Shown one piece after another: positions 55,768 through 64,000 of a DNA stretch of 64,000 nucleotides. The number at the start of each line of letters is the position of its first letter. The first letter of the stretch is position 1. Source of the DNA: Eledone cirrhosa (Eukaryota); NCBI GenBank assembly GCA_964016885.1, contig OZ024759.1, positions 28,768,001 to 28,832,000 on the forward strand. The letters are read 5' to 3'. Under the pieces are notes generated by a model, which searched no databases, was not told where the DNA came from, and saw only the letters and a list, made by a program, of their open reading frames with translations. The position numbers and the translations under genes are program-made.

Positions 55768-56524
55768 TACATATTCCATCACTAACGGTTTCGTGCGACT
55801 GACTTTATAATATTATTGTTGTTGTTGCTGTTCTTGTTTTCAATGTTGTTGCTATTGCTGCTGTTGTTGTTGTTGCTGTTGTTGCTGCTGTAGATAGTGT
55901 TGTTGTTGTTGTTGCTGTTCATGTTATTTTTCCTGTTGCAGTAGTTGCTGTTGTTGTTGTTGCTGCTGTACTATATTGCTCATTTCTCAGCTGTGTTGAG
56001 CTATGTTGTTGCAGTTGTTGTTATTGATACTGTTGATTGTTTTCGTTATTGTTATCGTGTATTTGTTGTTGTTGTAGTTGTTGTTGTTGTAGTCGTTGCT
56101 GTTGTTGTAGTTGTTGCTGTTGTTGTTGTTGTAGTTGTTGTTGTTGTAGTTGTTGCTGTTGTTGTTGTTGTTGTTGTAGTTGTTATTTTTGCAGTAGCTA
56201 TTGTGGTTGTTGTTGCTGTTGATGTTTTAATTGGATTGGGGCTAGTTTTGACTTCCCATCTTCCCGATGTCTGGCAGCCAGATGTACAGAGAGAGTGAGA
56301 GAGAGAGAAAGAGAGACATACAGAGAGGGGGCAGAGAGGGGTAGAGGGGGACCAAACCACCACCACAACAACAACAAACTAAGCAAACATGTAACAAATA
56401 GAACAAAACTAAACAAAACAAACATTTTTTTTTAAATATATAAAAGAAAGACGAATATAGAATAAAATATAACTTACAAAAGAAAGAAAGAAAGAGAGAA
56501 AGAAAGAAAGAAAGAAAGAAAGAG

Positions 56525-56583
<59 letters not shown>

Positions 56584-57376
56584 AGAAATCTAGCTGTCGA
56601 AACGGCCGAAGCTCAGCCGTCGTTGTCCTGAATCTTTTTATATTTATATATATATATATATATATATTGAAGAAGAAGAAGAAGAAGAAGAAGAAGAAGA
56701 AGAAGAAGAAGAAGAAGAAGAAGAAGAAGAAGAAGAAGAAAAAGAAAGAAAGAAAGAAAAGAAGAATCAGCAAGAAATGGAAACAAAACTGAAGAGGAAA
56801 AACAACAACAACAACAACAAGCTGAAGGTAAAAGGAGAGCAACTAGGTAATGTTAAAATGGCGGCAATCATGTGATGTGTCCTGACATCTCTGATAGATT
56901 GCTGAACGTTTGATGAAGAATTGGCAAGTGTTTTAATCTTTGCCATCTTCCACCATTTCTTCTCGTTTTACGTTCGTTATACCATCATCACCAACGCCAT
57001 CATCACCAACGCCATCATCACCATCGCCATCATCATCATCATCACCATCATTATTATCGCCATCATCATCATCACCATCACCATCATCATTATCGCCATC
57101 ATCATCATCATCGCTTTCACCCTTTCCTACGTCTCCACACTCACGGACACACTCGCACATACATGTATGTTTGTGTGTGTGTGTCTCTCTCTCTATATAT
57201 ATATGTGTGTGTGTGTAATATATATTATATATATATATATATGTGTGTGTGTGTAATATATATATTATATATATATATATGTGTGTGTGTGTAAGTAATA
57301 ACAAAATTAACAAAACTAACTGCACAGTACGTGTAAGAAATATATTAGTTTAACGCTTGAAATAGGAGGAAGAGAG

Positions 57377-57417
57377 TCTTAACGTAACGTTTCGGATAGT
57401 AGTCCTTCATCAGAAGG
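57377..57417 (-). ncRNA. Type I hammerhead ribozyme (family E) with a 5-nt duplication in stem III
   Basis: Minus strand reads CTT-CTGATGA-A-GGA-ctacta-TCC-GAAA-CG-tta-CG-TT-AAG; flanks are homologous to 4975-5122. Confidence 0.75.
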
Positions 57418-57578
57418 TAGAGTTAGAAATAGAAGATAAATAGAAAATAAAGAGTGATGAGAGGAAGGAACAAGTAAAATGAAAAAAAAATTGGGGAGAA
57501 AAAAAACACACGTGCGTATTCAGTCAGCCATCTTATATATATTAATATATATATAGATATTCTTTTAATGTTGCAAAA

Positions 57579-57653
57579 TCATGATACGTATTTCTATGGC
57601 TGACAGGCCCACGTCATCGGGTTATGACGTAAAACTTGTGGCGACGTCCTCAG
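57579..57653 (-). ncRNA. Hammerhead-like motif
   Basis: Minus strand reads CCGATGA-cGTGG...CCATa-GAAA-TACGTA-TC; an alternative core CTGAGGA lies further 5'. Confidence 0.5.
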
Positions 57654-57925
57654 GTGTAATTCACAGTGCATGTTTATTTGTGCATGTGCATGCGTGCCTG
57701 TTTGTGCATATGTGTGCGTGCAAATTTATGTGTGCTTGCACATGTGTGTGTTTTTATGCATGTGTATGTATGTTTGGGCACTACGTCTGTGTGCTTGTGC
57801 AAGCGTGTGTGTGAGCATGTGTGTGTAAATATGTAACTAAACATGTGCCATATACTCACGTGCGTATGCCAAAGCACTCAATACTTATAAACGGGTTTTT
57901 CTCTTTCTTTCTCTCTCTCACACAG

Positions 57926-57961
<36 letters not shown>

Positions 57962-58337
57962 CATATGCATACCAAGAGTAAAGTGTACATAATGAAGTGC
58001 ACGTACAGATACACACATACATATGCATATATATACACACACACATACATACACAGATGCCATACTACTTCCACCACCACCACCACCATCTCTATTACTA
58101 TTATTACCAATGTGGGTAAGAACAACAATAACAACAACGATAACGACAACAACAATTATAGAGGTGTATGTACAGAAATCCTCGTTAATTATTCATATCT
58201 GGAGATATCACTAAAACGATATATAAACCTATGTAACCTCCTCGGTCTGATGTAGTCGTAGAAATCCGTTCTAAGCCATCTGTTTCCGTTATACACAGAT
58301 TACAGGGTTAGTGTTGCTGAAGTGGGAGATGGCAACG

Positions 58338-60416
58338 ATGGTGGTGGTGTAGTGGGGCGTGGTGGTGGTGGTGGTGGTGGTCGTGGTGGTGGTGTTGTAG
58401 TGGGGGAAGGTGGTGGTGGTGGTGGTCGTCGTCGTAGTGGTGGTGGTGTAGTGGGGCGTGGTGGTGGTGGTGGTGGTGGTCGTCCTAGTGGTGGTGGTGT
58501 AGTGGGGCGTGGTGGTGGTGGTGGTCGTGGTGGTGGTGTTGTAGTGGGGGACGGTGGTGGTGTTGTAGTGGGGCGTGGTGGTGGTGGTGGTCGTCGTAGT
58601 GATGGTGTTGTAGTGGGGCGTGGTGATGGTGGTGGTGGTGTTGTAGTGGTGGTGGTGGTGGTGTTGCAGTGGGTGCTGGTGTTGCAATAGAGAGCGGTGG
58701 TGGTGGCGTTGCAGTGGAGGGAAGGTCGTAGTGGTGGTGGTATTGCAGTGGGGAATGGCGGTGGTGGTGTTTGGTGATGGCGGTGGTTGTGGTGTTTAGG
58801 GTGGTGTGGTGAAGGTGGTAGTGGTGGTGGTGGTGGTGGTATTGCAGTGGGGGATGGCGGTGGTGGTGGTGGCGGTGGTTGTGGTGTTGGTGTTTAGGGT
58901 GGTGTGGTGTGGTGTAGTGTGGTGTTGATGGTGTAGTGTAGTGTGGTGTGTTGATGGTGTAGTTTGTGGTGTGGTGTTATGGTGTGGTATGGTGTATGGT
59001 ATGGTGGTGTAGTGTAGTGTGGTGTGTTGATGGTGTAGTTTGTGGTGTGGTGGTGTGGTGTTATGGTGTGGTATGGTGTATGGTATGGTGGTGTAGTGTA
59101 GTGTGGTGTGTTGATGGTGTAGTTTGTGGTGTGGTGGTGTGGTGTTATGGTGTGGTATGGTGTATGGTATAGTGGTGTAGTGTGGTGTGGTGCGTTGATG
59201 GTGTAGTTTGTGGTGTGGTGGTGTGGTGTTATGGTGTGGTATGGTGTATGGTATAGTGGTGTAGTGTGGTGTGGTGCGTTGATGGTGTAGTTTGTGGTGT
59301 GGTGGTGTGGTGTTATGGTGTGGTATGATGTATGGTATGGTGGTGTAGGGTGGTGTGGTGTGTTGATGGTGTAGTTTGTGGTGTGGTGGTGTGGTGTTAT
59401 GGTGTGGTATGGTGTATGGTATAGTGGTGTAGTGTAGTGTGGTGTGTTGATGGTGTAGTTTGTGGTGTGGTGGTGTGGTGTTATGGTGTGGTATGGTGTA
59501 TGGTATGGTGGTGTAGGGTGGTGTGGTGCGTTGATGGTGTAGTTTGTGGTGTGGTGTTATGGTGTGGTATGGTGTATGGTATAGTGGTGTAGTGTGGTGT
59601 GGTGTGTTGATGGTGTAGTTTGTGGTGTGGTGTTATGGTGTGGTATGGTGTATGGTATAGTGGTGTAGTGGTGTAGTTTGTGGTGTGGTGTTATGGTGTG
59701 GTATGGTGTATGGTATGGTGGTGTAGGGTGGTGTGGTGTGTTGATGGTGTAGTTTGTGGTATGGTGTATGGTATAGTGGAGTAAGGTGGTGTGGTGTGGT
59801 GGTGTGGTGTGGTATGGTGTATGGTATGGTGGTGTAGGGTGGTGTGGTGTGTTGATGGTGTAGTTTGTGGTATGGTGTATGGTATAGTGGAGTAGGGTGG
59901 TGTGGTGTGGTGGTGTGGTGTGGTGTATGGTATGGTGGTGTAGGGTGGTGTGGTGTATTGATGGTGTAGTTTGTGGTATGGTGTATGGTATAGTGGAGTA
60001 GGGTGGTGTGGTGTGGTGGTGTGGTGTGGTATGGTGTATGGTATGGTGGTGTAGGGTGGTGTGGTGTGTTGATGGTGTAGTTTGTGGTATGGTGTATGGT
60101 ATAGTGGTGTAGAGTGGTGTGTTGATGGTGTAGTTTGTGGTATGGTGTATGGTATAGTGGTGTAGAGTGGTGTGTTGATGGTGTAGTTTGTGGTATGGTG
60201 TATGGTATAGTGGTGTAGAGTGGTGTGTTGATGGTGTAGTTTGTGGTGTGGTATGGTGTATGGTATGGTGGTGTAGGGTGGTGTGGTATGGTGGTGTGGT
60301 GTATGGTATAGTGGAGTAGGGTGGTGTGGTGTGGTGGTGTGGTATGGTGTATGGTATGGTGGTGTAGGGTGGTGTGGTGTGGTATGGTGTATGGTATGGT
60401 GGTGTAGGGTGGTGTG
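58338..60416 (+). repeat. GT/GGT-rich compound satellite
   Basis: Units such as GTTGATGGTGTAGTTTGTGGT and ATGGTGTATGGTAT. Confidence 0.92.
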
Positions 60417-60606
60417 AGGGTATCTAATCACTTTGATATCAGCCATAGCCTTAATTCAGCACACTAGATACTGCTAAAGCTGTCTTAACTTCAACTGTTG
60501 TAGTTTGGCCTTGTAAAGAGAGTTGTAAAAGATTTGAACGTATTGCGTCAATGTAACGTGTATCTGGTTTCACGAGTTCCTCTGTGCAGCCACTATGCAG
60601 CATTAC

Positions 60607-60666
<60 letters not shown>

Positions 60667-60804
60667 CGTGTGTATGTGTTTTATAATACACACACACACT
60701 CATATATATATATATATATATGGGTGTGTGCGTATATAAGTATATATATATATATAAATGTATGTGCTTGTTTGCATCTATACTCTTATATACACACATA
60801 TGTG

Positions 60805-60836
<32 letters not shown>

Positions 60837-60931
60837 GGTGTGTATGTTGTGGTGGCTATGGTTGTTTTCATTTTGCCAAGTTGCACTTGTTGCTGACGCT
60901 GGAATTTTATTATTATTATTATCAATGAATG

Positions 60932-61089
60932 GTGAAGGGCGGTCGGTTGGTAGTAATAGGTAGAGCAACGAACACCATGCTTTGCGGCATAGAGTTACGG
61001 CCCTTTACGTTCTGCGTTCAAAACCTGTCGAGATTAACTTTGCCTTTCGTTCTTACGGAGTCGATAAAATAAAGTAGCAGTAACGTACT
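60932..61089 (+). mobile_element. SINE (Nin/Deu-like family), truncated by a minisatellite
   Basis: CATGCTTTGCGGCATAGAGTTACGGCCCTTTACG..GTCGATAAAATAAAGTAGCAG. Confidence 0.85.
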
Positions 61090-61687
61090 TTATATAGGTA
61101 CTTTATATAGGTACTGTATAAATATAGGTACTTTATATAGGTACTTTATATAGGTACTATATATAAGTACTTTATATAGGTACTGTATATAGGTACTTTA
61201 TATAGGTAATGTATATAGGTACTTTATATATAGGTACTATATATAGGTACTGTATAAATATAGGTACTATATATAAGTACTTTATATAGGTAATATATAT
61301 AGGTACTTTATATAGGTACTGTATATAGGTACTTTATATATAGGTACTATATATAGGTACTTTATATAGGTACTGTATATAGGTACTTTATATAGGTACT
61401 GTATATAGGAGCTTTATATATAGGTACTATATATAGGTATTGTATATAGATACTTTATATAGGTACTGTATATAGGTACTGTATAAATATAGGTAATATA
61501 TATAGGTGCTATATATAGGTACTTATAAATGTAGGTACTTATAAATGTAGGTACTTATAAATATAGGTACTTTATATAGGTAATGTATATAGGTACTTTA
61601 TATAGGTACTGTATATAAGTACTTTATATAGGTACTGTATATATAGTACCGTATATGTAGGTATTATATAGGTACTGTCAGGTACCT
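61085..61687 (+). repeat. Minisatellite of about 13-15 bp, TATATAGGTACT(T/G)
   Basis: About 40 units. Confidence 0.92.
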
Positions 61688-62066
61688 TCACTTTGCCATG
61701 TTTGCTACTAAATGAAATAACATGGATAGAACATTGTTGGCATGGTGACCTCGTGGTTGCTGTGGCAACTCAAATCACATACGTTACGTTGTAAACGTCA
61801 TTTGACGGTATTGTTTCGGTTACAAAGTCTCTATAATCGAATTTTGTAACAAGAAAAATCAATGAAATGTCAACAATCTACATCAATTTTATGCCAAAAA
61901 CAAATGAGGGGCGGGAGGGGAGCTCTGAGAGCCTGAATCCCTCCCCCACCCCAGGTATAATAGGGTTAAGGTGTTCGGCTCATCATTGAGGCCGTAGGCT
62001 CCCAGCAGATCCTTGTGTCTTTGTGTCACATGTTATTTCACGTACAAGTTCATTGCACATAGTATA

Positions 62067-62289
62067 GGTGGTAGTGGTAGTGTTGGTGGTAGTAATAGTA
62101 GTAATGGTAGTAGTAGTAGTAGTAGTAGTAGTGGTAATAGTGGTGGTGGTGGTGGAGCTAATACTAGTAGTAGTAGTGGTGGTGGTAATAGTGGTGGTAG
62201 AGCTAATAGTAGAAGTAGTGGTAATAGTAGTAATAACGGTAGTGGTTGTGGTGGTGATGGTGGTAGTAGTAGTAGTAGAAAGTAGTAGC

Positions 62290-62339
<50 letters not shown>

Positions 62340-62482
62340 CAGCAGTAGTAGTAGTAGTAGCAGCAGTAGTAGTAGCAGCAGCAACAGTAGTAGTAGCAGC
62401 AGTAGTAGTAGCAGCAGCAGTAGTAGTTGCAGCAGCAGTAGTAGTAGTAGCAGTAGTAGTAGTAGTAGTAGTAGTGGTAGTA
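62067..62482 (+). repeat. (AGT)n/(AGC)n/(GGT)n compound microsatellite
   Basis: Read directly. Confidence 0.95.
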
Positions 62483-62689
62483 GGCAATATTGGAGGAGGT
62501 GACGGCCGTGTTGAGGGAGGGTGGGGGTTTGAAATTGAGTAACTTGGACTGTGTAACATGAAACCGGAAGTACTTCACACACACACACACACACACCACC
62601 ACCAACCTCACCCAATTTAGTACTCTTCCGTCGGTCCCTCCGCCGCCCGCACACCCGATGAAAATTAGCTCAGGAAGAATAAACCGCCC

Positions 62690-63235
62690 CCACCATCATC
62701 ACCCCCACCATCATAACCATCACCACCGTCACCATCATCACCACCACCATCACCACCACCATCACCACTACCACCACCACCACCACCATCACCACTACCA
62801 CCACCACCATCATTACCACCACCATCACCACTACCCTCACTACTACCACCACCACCACCATCACCACTACCCTCACTACCAACACTACCACCACCATCAC
62901 CACTACCCTCACTACTACCACCACCACCATCACCACTACCCTCACTACCACCACAACCATCACTACCAACACTACCACCACCACCACCATCACCACTACC
63001 CTCCCTACTACCACCACCACCACCATCACCACTACCCTCACTACCACCACCACCATCATTACCACCACTACTACCACCACCACCACCACCATCAACACTA
63101 CCCTCACTACCACCATCACCACCACCACCACCACCATCACCACTACCCTCCCCACTACCACCACCACCACCATCACCACTACCCTCACTACCACCACTAC
63201 CATCATTACCACCACTACTACCACCACCACCATCC
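62690..63235 (+). repeat. CAC/TAC trinucleotide compound array
   Basis: Read directly. Confidence 0.92.
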
Positions 63236-63399
63236 ACCCGTCCATCCCATTCACGGAGCTCTCCACCTATCCTACCCCCATATACATATCTCACAGGTCC
63301 ACCCTTCACTACCATCCACCCGGTTACATTGTCCACCCAGCTCTCTACCTACCCTGTTTGCCACCCTTGCATACTTATACCTCACAAATCCATCATATA

Positions 63400-63725
63400 C
63401 CCGGCCACCCTACCTGCTGAACAACCTACCCAGCTGCTACCCTGCGCGCACATACGCCACCCAGGTCCTGCCACACGACAACCTTATCCACTGAATAATC
63501 TACCCACCCTGACACATACCCGATACACATACGCCGCTAAATCCACCCGTCTATTATCGCCACCATCTACCCGGCCACCCTACCTACCCTAGCTGCTACC
63601 CTGCACACAGATACGCCACCCAGGTCCTGCCACACGGCAACCCCATCCACTGAACAATCTACCCACACTAACGGCTACACGATACACATACCCCACCAAA
63701 TCCACCCGTCTATTACCTCTACCAC
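63400..63725 (+). repeat. Diverged tandem duplication of about 170 bp
   Basis: CCCGGCCACCCTACCT...ATACGCCACCCAGGTCCTGCCACACG...AAATCCACCCGTCTATTA occurs twice. Confidence 0.85.
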
Positions 63726-64000
63726 CCATGTATTTACCTCCAACATCCACCCGTGTACAAATACAACTCTTTTGAAGCTTAGAACGAAAGAATTTCGGCA
63801 AAAATACCTCAAGAATGCATTTGTGTGGAGTATGTATATGTGTATATAAGTATGTATGTGTGTATATAAGTATGTATGTGTGTATATGGGTGTATATATA
63901 TATATATATATTATATATATGTGCCTGTGCACATACATACATATACATGTATGTATATGTATGAATGTATGTGATTATATATATTTGTGTGTGCATATAT

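Noticed and set aside
58247-58270. CTGATGT...GAAAT hammerhead-like text
   Set aside because: Core mismatch and no stems
62658-63494. His/Tyr-rich 278-aa ORF as a His-rich structural protein
   Set aside because: Explained by a CAC/TAC microsatellite open in several frames; no signal peptide or splice support

Overview
This is eukaryotic, gene-poor DNA dominated by (TA)n, (CA)n, (TACA)n and trinucleotide microsatellites. The SINE types and repeat landscape suggest a cephalopod such as Octopus (inference). Almost all ORF-track entries are translations of simple repeats, and I can support no intact host gene. The short complex-sequence islands are mostly mobile-element relics: two tRNA-type SINE families, R4/Dong-like and Tx1-like LINE ends, hAT, mariner and hATm-like MITEs, a degraded transposase and a Helitron. 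There is also a 3.5-kb array of an 18-bp minisatellite. The most striking pattern is about 16 complete or near-complete type I hammerhead-ribozyme motifs plus 2 truncated ones (C[U/C]GANGA - stem II - GAAA - short, often palindromic stem III). They belong to several unrelated short non-coding families, nearly all embedded in (TA)n tracts. Many of these elements carry fold-back inversions or partial tandem duplications specific to each copy. This looks like a dense, diverse population of non-autonomous Penelope-like or retrozyme-type elements that target microsatellites. All folds were read by eye and coordinates are approximate to a few bases.
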